33,075 nt of DNA from NCBI GenBank assembly GCA_028710985.1, contig JAQTTB010000003.1:1-33075 (forward strand), read 5' to 3'. The DNA comes from Patescibacteria group bacterium (lineage in GTDB: Bacteria; Patescibacteriota; Patescibacteriia; JAHJFT01). Position 1 is the stretch's first letter. Each line of letters opens with the position of its first letter. The position numbers were made by a program, and so were the translations under genes. Below are positions 13,798 through 22,609 of this stretch, piece by piece. Below the pieces are notes generated by a model. It saw nothing but the letters and a program-made list of their open reading frames with translations. It did not search any database and was not told where the DNA came from.

Positions 13798-15972
13798 TCA
13801 CAACAATTCTACCGCCGTAAATTCGGTCTTTTCAATCCCGACCCGAACATTCGTGATAAGCAATTTTATCGTTGCCCAGGATTCGCCGCCCGGTGCCAAT
13901 ATATGCGGATCGACCGTCGTGGCGTCTAATTGAATCCAATCGCCCGGTTGCAGGTGCGCGTAGGCGAACCCGACCGTGGCGAATTGAACCTGATTATGCT
14001 CGTTAGCCCAGATACCGTCGCCGTCCGCCGCCGTCCCGTCGGCCTTGCGGATATAATGATTAGCCACATGCGCCGCCGATGTGCCGCAGATATTCGGCCA
14101 TCTTAAATCAATATTGATTGTCCCGAATTTGCCCGCCGTCTTGGTGGTATTCTCAATGGTCGTCAGGTCACGATAGACATTGCCGTATTCCTGCTGATAT
14201 CGTGATTCAATCGTGGCTTTGTTGGCGATGAATTTTGTCTTGATGACTCTGATTTCCGGCAGACCTTTATCGTCGCCGCATATCAGACTGGCCGGAATAG
14301 TTTCGACGATAGTGGGCACGATGAAATCGTTCAGGGGAATAAGATAAGCCTTGCCTGCCGCACTCCAGAAGAAGGCGAAAGTCGATTGTTCGGCCAACTG
14401 CTTGATGATGTCGAACAGGAGCATCTGATTTCCAGAATGAAGATTGATCCGCCCTTTGACGTTGGTATTTTCGGCGGCGGTAAAAGAAGTCATGTCAATA
14501 TCGGCGTCAACCAGTCCGGCCTCATCACGCAAGAGCGATTCGATAATCCCCGACATATCCTCAATCATAAAATCATCGGCATAACTGGCCCCGCGCCCGG
14601 TAATCCATGAACCGTAAGTGCGACCCTTGCAGGCGGCAAAGGTCTTTTGAAAATCCTTTAGAACACAGAAGAATTTCACGCGGATTTCATAAATATAAAT
14701 TACGGTTTGATTATCGGCCACGCCATCAGCCGAGGCCCAGGCATCCTTCTTAACGTATAGGCGCAGGAAGTTCGGCTTTTGAGTTTGAAGATTAGGAACA
14801 ACACCAGAAGAAGCCCAACTGCCGGTGATGCCAATATCGTCTTCCTCTACGATAGTACCCGGGGTTTCATTTATTTCAGTCTGAATCCTAATTTTCGCTT
14901 CATCGGGCGTTCCCATCTGGGAAGTCGCCTTAACTTGAAACATCATGGCGCCAAGATCGTCGATATGACTGATAAGCCATGAGGCATCTTTTAATTTCCA
15001 ATAACTGGCATGAGCGGTATATCCCGCGTCACCCGTATCGTAAGAGTCTTTGCCTTCGACATAAGTTGTATCGTCTAAATCGCGTCCGTTTTCATTGGCG
15101 AGATTTTGAGCAACACCGGCCTCGTCGATATATGCTCCTGCTTCCGGCATTGCCCATAAATCAAAAATTCCGGCACCCCATTCGGCGGTATAAAGAACGG
15201 CGGTTATATATCCACCGTCATCAAAATCGAGCGTTGCCAAAGAATGAATCGCCGGATGGGTTAAACCGGAAAAGGCCGACCATAGTTGTGTAATTTCCTC
15301 GCCGACATGATTAGCGATAACGAATTTTTGGCCCGGATTAATATCGACCGGGATAGCCAGAGCCAGACCCAACCCGGTATAATCAAAGTCATCGTCATCG
15401 TCCCCGGCCAGACTGTATTGGCCATAGGCGATAGGGATTTTCTGATTCAGCGATTCCGTCGGGGCATCGGCCCAGACGGACGATATGAGATTCTTCGGCA
15501 ATTTGATATTCAAGAATTTCGACTTGTCGATGATGGTTAATTTGATGGTGTCCGCATCATATTCAAGACCCGGCTCGACATTGCCCACGAACCGCGCCAG
15601 ACAATCATTCGGAAAGGTCGCAATCGTTTCGCCCGCGACTAAATAAACTATCGCCTCATAAGCCGTCACGCCGCCGAGGTCGTCCGACGGCCGTACCATG
15701 ACACCGCTGGAGTTCATCCGATAAGGTGCATTAACCAGTTCGATATCGACATTGGCCACTTCCCAGGATTTCGTCGCCCAATCGAAACCTTCCTGAATCC
15801 CCGAAAAGGATTTTATCAGGGCATAGACAAAGGGCGTGGTCGGATAATTAAGGCGCATATTGACATCGGAGAAATAGTAATAGTTCGTACCGTCGTATAA
15901 CTTGACGATGATATGGGATTGTATCCCGAATTTCTTGGCCTTGATTTCAAAGGCGGCATGATCCAACGGCAT
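13798..15972 (-). CDS. tail tip / baseplate-hub (host-specificity, Tal/J-like) protein
   Basis: 724 aa, second gene after the tape measure. The call rests mainly on position and on the N-terminal pattern HIIVKLYDGTNYYYFSDVNMRLNY...VDIELVN seen in tail-tip proteins. Confidence 0.55.
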   Translation of the reverse strand: MPLDHAAFEIKAKKFGIQSHIIVKLYDGTNYYYFSDVNMRLNYPTTPFVYALIKSFSGIQEGFDWATKSWEVANVDIELVNAPYRMNSSGVMVRPSDDLGGVTAYEAIVYLVAGETIATFPNDCLARFVGNVEPGLEYDADTIKLTIIDKSKFLNIKLPKNLISSVWADAPTESLNQKIPIAYGQYSLAGDDDDDFDYTGLGLALAIPVDINPGQKFVIANHVGEEITQLWSAFSGLTHPAIHSLATLDFDDGGYITAVLYTAEWGAGIFDLWAMPEAGAYIDEAGVAQNLANENGRDLDDTTYVEGKDSYDTGDAGYTAHASYWKLKDASWLISHIDDLGAMMFQVKATSQMGTPDEAKIRIQTEINETPGTIVEEDDIGITGSWASSGVVPNLQTQKPNFLRLYVKKDAWASADGVADNQTVIYIYEIRVKFFCVLKDFQKTFAACKGRTYGSWITGRGASYADDFMIEDMSGIIESLLRDEAGLVDADIDMTSFTAAENTNVKGRINLHSGNQMLLFDIIKQLAEQSTFAFFWSAAGKAYLIPLNDFIVPTIVETIPASLICGDDKGLPEIRVIKTKFIANKATIESRYQQEYGNVYRDLTTIENTTKTAGKFGTINIDLRWPNICGTSAAHVANHYIRKADGTAADGDGIWANEHNQVQFATVGFAYAHLQPGDWIQLDATTVDPHILAPGGESWATIKLLITNVRVGIEKTEFTAVELL

Positions 15973-15973
15973 A

Positions 15974-16798
15974 TCAGTACGTCTCCCCGTCCGGGATATA
16001 AGGCAATTCCTCGAACGTCACCGTCGGCATATAAATTCCAGAGGCGTTTTTAGCGTATCCAAAGGTTTCTTCGGCGAAATAACAAAGTTTGGCCGATACC
16101 GCCACATCATCCTCGATAAGGATAAGGGGCAACCTATTGCCCCGGCAATCCCTGTAAGCATCTCTTAAATATCCGAAATTGGTATCATCCGTAAAGCGGA
16201 ACGTCCGGGGTTTGCGCGAAAGACCCTGTGACCGATAGGCCGTCCGATAGGGCCTGCCGCCCATAGATTGCGTCTGCCGATTGCCAAATAATTCCTCGTC
16301 GTTTTCCGGCCACTCGTTAGCGATTAAAGTCCAGGCGCGGCAGAACCAGACGCCGCCCAGACGCAAGGTCGTCGAATAAGATGGCCCGGTGGTATCTTCC
16401 GGCTCAATGCGAAAGCGCCAGTAGCGTTTGGTATCTTCGGTAAATGTGCCGTACAATATCGGGATAGTTAATTGATTGGTCATGGATACCGGCCCATAGG
16501 GGGTAACTTCGTAGCCGGAATCATTCGTGTCGTTTTGAATGCGAAAATCCCAACCGTCGCCGTCGGATTTATGGTCGGTTTTATAATTGTTTATAAATAT
16601 AGCCACGGCGGAAACCGCTTTGGCTTCACCCAGATCAATATCGAGTTCATCTACGGCCGGGATAGCGGGCGACTGCCAGTATTTGTCGGGATTGTTATCG
16701 AGCAGGTCGTAATTATTATATCCCGCCGAAGTGAATCCGCGCAGGTGCAAAGCCTTTATCATCGGCCCGGTCGTAAGCAGTTTAATTGAATTGGACAT
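15974..16798 (-). CDS. distal tail protein candidate (called by position)
   Basis: 274 aa. It follows the tape measure directly with a 17-nt overlap and ends 1 nt before the tip gene. Confidence 0.5.
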   Translation of the reverse strand: MSNSIKLLTTGPMIKALHLRGFTSAGYNNYDLLDNNPDKYWQSPAIPAVDELDIDLGEAKAVSAVAIFINNYKTDHKSDGDGWDFRIQNDTNDSGYEVTPYGPVSMTNQLTIPILYGTFTEDTKRYWRFRIEPEDTTGPSYSTTLRLGGVWFCRAWTLIANEWPENDEELFGNRQTQSMGGRPYRTAYRSQGLSRKPRTFRFTDDTNFGYLRDAYRDCRGNRLPLILIEDDVAVSAKLCYFAEETFGYAKNASGIYMPTVTFEELPYIPDGETY

Positions 16799-18302
16799 TG
16801 CGTTTACCCGTCATGAGTTCACCGCTTATAGTCGATCCGATTTTCCCGCCGAGATTAACGCGGCTTAATTCGCCGGTTACGCCAGCCGCGAAGTGCTTGG
16901 CGAAGTCCTTGCCTTGCCCGGCCGCCATCCGGTCGTTAATGGGGTTATCAAAAAGGTTGCCGAGGATGGACAGGAACTTCGGCACGAATCCCTTTATCAT
17001 ATCTTCGATGCAAGCCTTAATGAAATATCGCATGAAGTCTTTGTGCATTTTCTGGAAGTTGACGGAGGAACCCATCATCATATCAGCCATAGACGACGAA
17101 AATTCCGACTGAAAATACCCCATAGCGGCGATTTTATGTTGATTGGCTTCCTGCCATGCTATATCATCTTCTCTGATGCGTTGCCGTTCGTAATCGTGAT
17201 ATATATTCTGTGCGGCATCAATTTCCCTGCCCCCGTCGATAACTTCCAATTTATAATTATCAAAATAATTCGAGGCTTCTCGAGTTAAGGACTTGGTGTC
17301 ATCCCGAACTTGCACTGTTATTTCACTGACAGTATGGCCGACACCGCGCGAGGCGATAATCATTGCGTCATTGCGGGCTTTAAGAGCGGCCATAAGCCTA
17401 TCAATGGCCAGTTCATATTGATATTCGGCATCCGTAGCCTCCTTGAATCTTTTAGAAAAATCAGCATCAGCCTGCTCATGGGCGATTCTTAATTGCTCCC
17501 CCAATTTCCATGCGGCATTGGACATTTCGATTAAACGTCTGTCAAGGTCGGTGCCTTGAGTGATAACTCCTATGGCTTTAATGAAATTCCAAATTCCTCC
17601 CCCGGTTCTATCTATTGTATCCATAACCAGATTGAATTGTTTAACCAAGAGAAGTAATTCGGGAATTAATTGTTCGCCGATGCTTTCCTTTAAGTCATCC
17701 CAGTTTTGTTCGAGTATTTTTACCTGACCGGCATAGGTATTCATTTCGGCCTGCGCCGCACCGCCGAATTTTCGATTAATCTGCTCTAACGCCATCTGAA
17801 ATCGCTGACTCTTGGGAATAGATTCATCAAGGACAATACCATACCGAGATAACGTCGAAGTGAATCCCTCGGACGCCTTTGTCAAAAGTTCGACCGCCGA
17901 GTAATAATCCATATTGGTGCCTGCCGCAAGGTCGGCGGCAACACGCGAGATATTGAACGATTGCGTTAGACTATTCCCGGCGTCGATAAGGCGTTGGATA
18001 CCTTCGCCGACCAGTTCGTCGGAAATCCCCCGGGTACGTTGCATTTCCGTGGCGAAATTCTTGATGGCGTCAATATTGCCCTTGACGGCGTAGTTGTGCC
18101 GTTTAAGTGAGGCTTCTACCCGATTCCAGGCGGCCTCGGATTCGGCGGCGGCATTGACGACGGACTTGACGGCAGAGGAAACCGCCGACCATGACAGATA
18201 AGCCAGACCGATATTCTTGATCGACTTCATAATGCCTTCCAGCGTCGGCGTGGCATTATCCTTTGCCCCGATAATCATATTGAATTGTTCTGATAATGTC
18301 AT
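16782..18302 (-). CDS. tail tape measure protein
   Basis: 506 aa, helical, rich in Ala/Glu/Gln/Ile. The ATG overlaps the stop of the chaperone T-frame (ATGA). It occupies the canonical position after the G/GT chaperones. Confidence 0.8.
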   Translation of the reverse strand: MTLSEQFNMIIGAKDNATPTLEGIMKSIKNIGLAYLSWSAVSSAVKSVVNAAAESEAAWNRVEASLKRHNYAVKGNIDAIKNFATEMQRTRGISDELVGEGIQRLIDAGNSLTQSFNISRVAADLAAGTNMDYYSAVELLTKASEGFTSTLSRYGIVLDESIPKSQRFQMALEQINRKFGGAAQAEMNTYAGQVKILEQNWDDLKESIGEQLIPELLLLVKQFNLVMDTIDRTGGGIWNFIKAIGVITQGTDLDRRLIEMSNAAWKLGEQLRIAHEQADADFSKRFKEATDAEYQYELAIDRLMAALKARNDAMIIASRGVGHTVSEITVQVRDDTKSLTREASNYFDNYKLEVIDGGREIDAAQNIYHDYERQRIREDDIAWQEANQHKIAAMGYFQSEFSSSMADMMMGSSVNFQKMHKDFMRYFIKACIEDMIKGFVPKFLSILGNLFDNPINDRMAAGQGKDFAKHFAAGVTGELSRVNLGGKIGSTISGELMTGKRNVQFN

Positions 18303-18727
18303 GGGGCAACCTCATCGGCTATCGCCTGCGCCCGATATGATTCGTCCTGAATTATCGTCGCCGCCTGAATCCAGATAGCGGGCAGGGCATAATAATCTTC
18401 GGGGTCGCTTATCCCGGACGGCCCGCCCGTAGCATTGAATAAACGCACTGCCTGAATACTGAAATCGTTTATCAGGGGGATGGGACAAATATCCAGAGTG
18501 CGGAGTATTTCAAGGTCGGGCGTAAAGGCATTGACCAGACCGCGCCATTCGGCCATCAGTCGGGGAACATCGGACTTGCCTATATCCCGACGGCCCAGGA
18601 TACGATGCTTGACCGTTATCTTATCGGCCACCATCAGGCATTGATGTTTTTTACCCCGACAGCCCGCGCAGTCATAGTCGGCGGCCTTGTAATTCTTATC
18701 GGACTTGAACTGCACGAGCAACCTCAA
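18299..18727 (-). CDS. tail assembly chaperone, T segment (expressed as a G-T fusion by -1 frameshift)
   Basis: This frame is -1 relative to 18724..19032 and is open from the slippery site. It has no SD of its own. Its stop overlaps the tape-measure ATG. Confidence 0.65.
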   Translation of the reverse strand: MRLLVQFKSDKNYKAADYDCAGCRGKKHQCLMVADKITVKHRILGRRDIGKSDVPRLMAEWRGLVNAFTPDLEILRTLDICPIPLINDFSIQAVRLFNATGGPSGISDPEDYYALPAIWIQAATIIQDESYRAQAIADEVAP

Positions 18728-19032
18728 TTTTTTATTTCTTCCTCGCCGAGAAACGACAACTCCATAATCCGGGTAAGTATAATCATGCGCTGGGCCAGGA
18801 CGATACGGGGAATGAGTTCCGGGGTCACTTCTTTGCCGTCAACCTTGACCAGATATCTTTCGATCAAGGCGTTCAATTCCTTAACGGCTTCTTCGTCGCC
18901 GGTTTCGCCGATGCGTTTATTGGCCATCCGGGAACGGATGATATCACCTTCGGACATCATGCGGTATTCTATCGGCATCCCCGCGAAATCGAGAGAATAT
19001 ATTTTATTGCGGTCGATTAATCGTAACGGCAT
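18724..19032 (-). CDS. tail assembly chaperone, G segment
   Basis: ATG at 19032 overlaps the stop of the major tail gene (TGATG). About 102 aa and acidic. Located between the major tail protein and the tape measure. Confidence 0.65.
   Translation of the reverse strand: MPLRLIDRNKIYSLDFAGMPIEYRMMSEGDIIRSRMANKRIGETGDEEAVKELNALIERYLVKVDGKEVTPELIPRIVLAQRMIILTRIMELSFLGEEEIKN
18727..18733 (-). other. -1 programmed ribosomal frameshift slippery heptamer A_AAA_AAT
   Basis: The minus strand reads GAA ATA AAA AAT TGA in the G frame. Slipping back 1 nt gives AAA AAA TTG AGG, which enters the 18299..18727 frame directly, two codons before the G stop. Confidence 0.6.
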
Positions 19033-20069
19033 CAGTACCCCCAATCAAGAGCATCGGCCAGAGCCACGGTGTACATCGCCTGTGAACTGGCCACGTTTCC
19101 GACAATAACGGCTTCGATATCCTCGGCGAAGATGCCGCCTTCACCGCGAACGCGGTTACACTTTTTGAGTTTGACGTAAAAGGTAAAAGCCAGATAACCG
19201 TCCACGCCGGTTGACCCCCATACCATAGTCACGGTACAAAGCGTTCCGTTCCGCAGATTGGCCTCGGCTGATTTAGCATTGGCATCATAATTGATCCGCG
19301 TCTTGAACGTGCCCTTGCGAACACCCAGATGAAAAGAGGCAAAATCCCCGGTGGCCTGCCCCGCCGGGGTCGTTTCGATAGTGGTCTCCCAGTCAATATC
19401 GCCTAAAACGGTGATGGTCTGGGCACCGGCCCCGAAGTTTATTTGCATCGTCATATCGTTGGCATGGAACCGACTGATGGCCGACCGCGCCCACGTGCCC
19501 GAAGGATTGGCGTTAGAAACGACGGCCCCGCGCCCGCGCCATGATTGCACTGCTTCGAGATAGCCGTTCACCGGCAATTTGAAGGCCAGTTTTTCGGTGC
19601 CGATGCAATCCTTGACTTTAAGAGAGTTCGAGGCATCGGGTGCTTTGAAAACGAAACTGGCGAATGACCCCGCATTGGCCGTAAAGTCCGGCTGGGTCGC
19701 ATGAAAGGTAAAAGTCTTTTGATATGGAGTAGTCGCGCCTTCAGTTACGTTTTGGGTATGGGCATAAAGTATTGGTGCCAGTTCCGCTTTGACCACGCCG
19801 TTAGGAGTGCTTACCTCGAAACTGGGTAAGGAACCTTTGGTATCGGCCTGATGATTCATGGCGTCGTCGCTACGGGTTCCGGTTAGTGCCGCATCGCCTT
19901 CGCGTTGCTGAACATCTTCGTTCAATTCAAAAACCTTGACATTCAATTCGAGGGCATTGCCGGCATCAGCCGTAGCCGTGCCCCAGACGGCTTGTTCGGG
20001 AACCTCCGGGGTGCCGGATTTTAATATACCGACCTTACAATCGGATATATCATATGTAACCAGGGTCAT
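19032..20069 (-). CDS. major tail (tube) protein candidate
   Basis: 345 aa and beta-rich. It lies directly upstream of the chaperone pair and downstream of the head-tail joining genes. No sheath gene is present. Confidence 0.6.
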   Translation of the reverse strand: MTLVTYDISDCKVGILKSGTPEVPEQAVWGTATADAGNALELNVKVFELNEDVQQREGDAALTGTRSDDAMNHQADTKGSLPSFEVSTPNGVVKAELAPILYAHTQNVTEGATTPYQKTFTFHATQPDFTANAGSFASFVFKAPDASNSLKVKDCIGTEKLAFKLPVNGYLEAVQSWRGRGAVVSNANPSGTWARSAISRFHANDMTMQINFGAGAQTITVLGDIDWETTIETTPAGQATGDFASFHLGVRKGTFKTRINYDANAKSAEANLRNGTLCTVTMVWGSTGVDGYLAFTFYVKLKKCNRVRGEGGIFAEDIEAVIVGNVASSQAMYTVALADALDWGY

Positions 20070-20269
20070 TATTTGACCTCCTTCTTATTCGACTCATCTT
20101 TGCTATCCGGTACAATATCGACGATACCGTAAATCAACAATACTGCAATAGTATCATCGTCAACATCAACTATCCGTCCGGCTTGCAAGGCCCGGTAATC
20201 CGTCCGCGTTAAAGGATGTAGGACGCTCAAGCGATAGTCCTTGAATCTTGGCTTGGCTTTTATCTTCAT
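20069..20269 (-). CDS. hypothetical small structural-module protein
   Basis: ATG at 20269 with AGGAG 9 nt upstream. Its stop overlaps the ATG of the major tail gene (TAATG). Confidence 0.55.
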   Translation of the reverse strand: MKIKAKPRFKDYRLSVLHPLTRTDYRALQAGRIVDVDDDTIAVLLIYGIVDIVPDSKDESNKKEVK

Positions 20270-20281
20270 ATCCGCAAACTC

Positions 20282-20752
20282 CTATATTTGGGCATGGTCA
20301 ATAGTAATCTTAACGGTGACCTTCATCTGGCCGCCCAATGTTCCCGATTCGGGAAACTCCAGACCGGTCTGATGGTCGGTAATACTGAATATCCGATAAC
20401 CATCGGCCAGATTCAGCCGGGCCGACAGATAATTATCGAGTGAATTAAGCAGTCGCGCATTCTTGGTGGGATCATGCCAACGGTCGATATAGTTGGTGTG
20501 AACGCGAATGCTGAAATCCAGATAATAGTTGAAAATGACTCCGGGCATCTGGCCCAGACTATCGCGGGTGACACCGATCAATTCTATCGAAACGCCGTTA
20601 AGGAGAATCGGGATGGTGTGATGACTATCGTAGGCATAGGACAATTTCGGATCATAGCCGGTCGCCATTGCCGTAATCATGGCGTCAAGGTGGGCTTTTA
20701 GTTTATCCCGCGCCGTCTCGAAGGCAGTATAAGTGCCGTAAATTTCGGACAT
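20282..20752 (-). CDS. hypothetical tail/neck protein
   Basis: 156 aa, tightly packed between the neck genes and the major tail gene. Confidence 0.55.
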   Translation of the reverse strand: MSEIYGTYTAFETARDKLKAHLDAMITAMATGYDPKLSYAYDSHHTIPILLNGVSIELIGVTRDSLGQMPGVIFNYYLDFSIRVHTNYIDRWHDPTKNARLLNSLDNYLSARLNLADGYRIFSITDHQTGLEFPESGTLGGQMKVTVKITIDHAQI

Positions 20753-20753
20753 A

Positions 20754-21191
20754 TCAGGCCCCGCTCTTTGGCGAATAATAAATAATTTCTATCGGCATCT
20801 GTGCGGCGGCGGTATTCTCATGCTGGGACAGATAAACATTTTCGATTGACAGGGGCATGATCGAAAGACAGTTGGCTCCCAGCGCAGGCGAACTGTCAAC
20901 ATAGTTTTCGATATCATCCGTAAATTCATCGAGGCCCTGGGCCAAAAGGCTCTGTAAGCGGATGGTGGGAATAAGGGTCAGACTTAATTGCCAGAGTTTG
21001 TCGTCCGCATCCTCGGCCAGCAAAGTCTTGCCTATTTCGACGACGGCGATAAAGGGCACATCTTTAGCGTCGGTATCATAGGGAATCTCATAGCGTTCCA
21101 CCAGTTTAACGTCAGTAGCATAACCCCGCGCCTTCAAGATTGTTTTCAGACCGGTCACGAGATTATTTATTATGGTTCCCTTGACGCTCAT
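20754..21191 (-). CDS. head-tail joining / tail completion protein candidate
   Basis: 145 aa. Its start overlaps the stop of the gp10-like gene. The call is by position only. Confidence 0.55.
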   Translation of the reverse strand: MSVKGTIINNLVTGLKTILKARGYATDVKLVERYEIPYDTDAKDVPFIAVVEIGKTLLAEDADDKLWQLSLTLIPTIRLQSLLAQGLDEFTDDIENYVDSSPALGANCLSIMPLSIENVYLSQHENTAAAQMPIEIIYYSPKSGA

Positions 21192-21634
21192 TTTAACGGT
21201 TCCACCAGTTTCTTGATAATGGCATCGGTGATATTTTTCTTCTCATCTTTAAAGGTCGGCATCAGGTACGGCCGGGCCGGTATTCTTGTGGCATAGTTGC
21301 GTCCGGTCATGCCGCCGAATTCATGTATCCGGGCATAGACGATATTGGGGCCGACGCGAACCTGATAGCCGTTCGAGACCTTTTTGGCCCCGCTCTGCGG
21401 ATTAACGGCAATCGACCGGCGAAGCGTGCCCGTGCGCGAACGCAGATCAGGATAGGGCGAACGTCCTTTGATATGCAAGGTGCCCCCGCGCTGGAGCCGC
21501 TTCTTTAAAGCGCGTTCCATGATGCGCCCGGCGGTCTGCAAACCGCTTGACAGATTCTTTTGCATATCGCGGGTCATCTTACGGAGTTTAATCGACTCCG
21601 TTTTGTTATCGCCTATGGATATCGTGATTTCCAT
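21188..21634 (-). CDS. HK97 gp10-family head-tail joining protein
   Basis: RIHEFGGMTGRNYATRIPARPYLMP matches the E-F-G...pARPfl signature of the HK97 gp10 family. Confidence 0.7.
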   Translation of the reverse strand: MEITISIGDNKTESIKLRKMTRDMQKNLSSGLQTAGRIMERALKKRLQRGGTLHIKGRSPYPDLRSRTGTLRRSIAVNPQSGAKKVSNGYQVRVGPNIVYARIHEFGGMTGRNYATRIPARPYLMPTFKDEKKNITDAIIKKLVEPLK

Positions 21635-21635
21635 G

Positions 21636-22226
21636 TCAGCGCAGTCTCCGATATTTGCGGACGATTTCGTTTACGAATTCCGGTATCTTGTCAGTCGAAA
21701 ACGTAACCGTCTGATCGCCGAAGGTCTTGCTGGATTCGCCATGTAAATTCTCGGTGAACTTTTTCCGTTTCACCGCCACCAATTCCATAACGGCCAATTT
21801 AAGGTCAGAGGGCACGACGGCAACGGCATATCCGTATTTGTAGGATATCTTATAACTCCGATGCGTCCGCAGGGAAAAGATACCGCCGTCCGTGAAGAAT
21901 AGTTTACCGCTATCGTTATCCTGGGCAAAGGTCGTACCCGTAAGATTCTGCCACGTCATTCCATCCCAATAATAAATATTCGCAATGGTCGTGGTCAGGG
22001 GCGCATACTTGGTGTAATGCGATTCAGTGCCGTCGCCCTCGAAGTATTCGTCATAAGCCGTCGTCGGGGTTATGAATTTCCGGCGGCAATGGTCGGCGAT
22101 AAACTGCGAGGCGGCATTGATTAGATATTCCAGCATGACATCATGCGAAACATCATCTTCTGGAATCTCCAGATATCGCCGGGCTTCGTCCAGCGTAACC
22201 AATGCCAGGGTAGTATCGAGGCTCAT
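21636..22226 (-). CDS. head-tail connector/adaptor (gp6-like)
   Basis: The N-terminus LVTLDEARRYLEIPEDDVSHDVMLEYLINAASQFIADHCRRKF is typical of gp6-type connector proteins. Confidence 0.65.
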   Translation of the reverse strand: MSLDTTLALVTLDEARRYLEIPEDDVSHDVMLEYLINAASQFIADHCRRKFITPTTAYDEYFEGDGTESHYTKYAPLTTTIANIYYWDGMTWQNLTGTTFAQDNDSGKLFFTDGGIFSLRTHRSYKISYKYGYAVAVVPSDLKLAVMELVAVKRKKFTENLHGESSKTFGDQTVTFSTDKIPEFVNEIVRKYRRLR

Positions 22227-22539
22227 TATCTTTTCCGCTTCTTGCCGGTATCGCTTTCGCCGAATCCTTTATTTTCGGCATCGGTTTCATTCATGGCCTT
22301 TTCATCGGAGAAATCGTCGGACGATTCCGGCTCGAAATTATCCGGCAGGTCGGCCAATAACTGCTTTCCCTTTTCATCGGAGAAATCGTCGGACGATTCC
22401 GGCTCGAAATTATCCGGCAGGTCGGCCAATAACTGCTTTCCCTTTTCATCGGAGAAATCCACGATATCGCCCGGCAGGAGGCGATAGCCATCCCCGGAAT
22501 ACATGGTCAGGGTCTTGGTCTTTTTGAATTTCAGTTTCA
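22226..22539 (-). CDS. acidic repeat protein of unknown function
   Basis: ATG at 22539 (MKLKFKKTKTL...) or 22548, both downstream of AAGGAG. It contains DFSDEKGKQLLADLPDNFEPESSD twice plus a partial third copy. Confidence 0.6.
22297..22459. repeat. perfect 72-bp tandem repeat, 2.26 copies, in frame
   Basis: Copies start at 22297, 22369 and 22441. The third copy is 19 nt long. I saw no mismatches. Confidence 0.95.
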
Positions 22540-22609
22540 TAATCCTCATATCTCCTTTTTTCAAAGGGCGAACCCTGTTAAAGGCCCGCCCTTCCGTACA
22601 GACGCCCAA

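Noticed and set aside
22297-22459. Tandem direct repeats considered as a CRISPR array or an iteron set.
   Set aside because: The repeats are contiguous with no spacers, lie in frame inside an ORF, and have a 72-bp unit (24 codons). This is a coding duplication.
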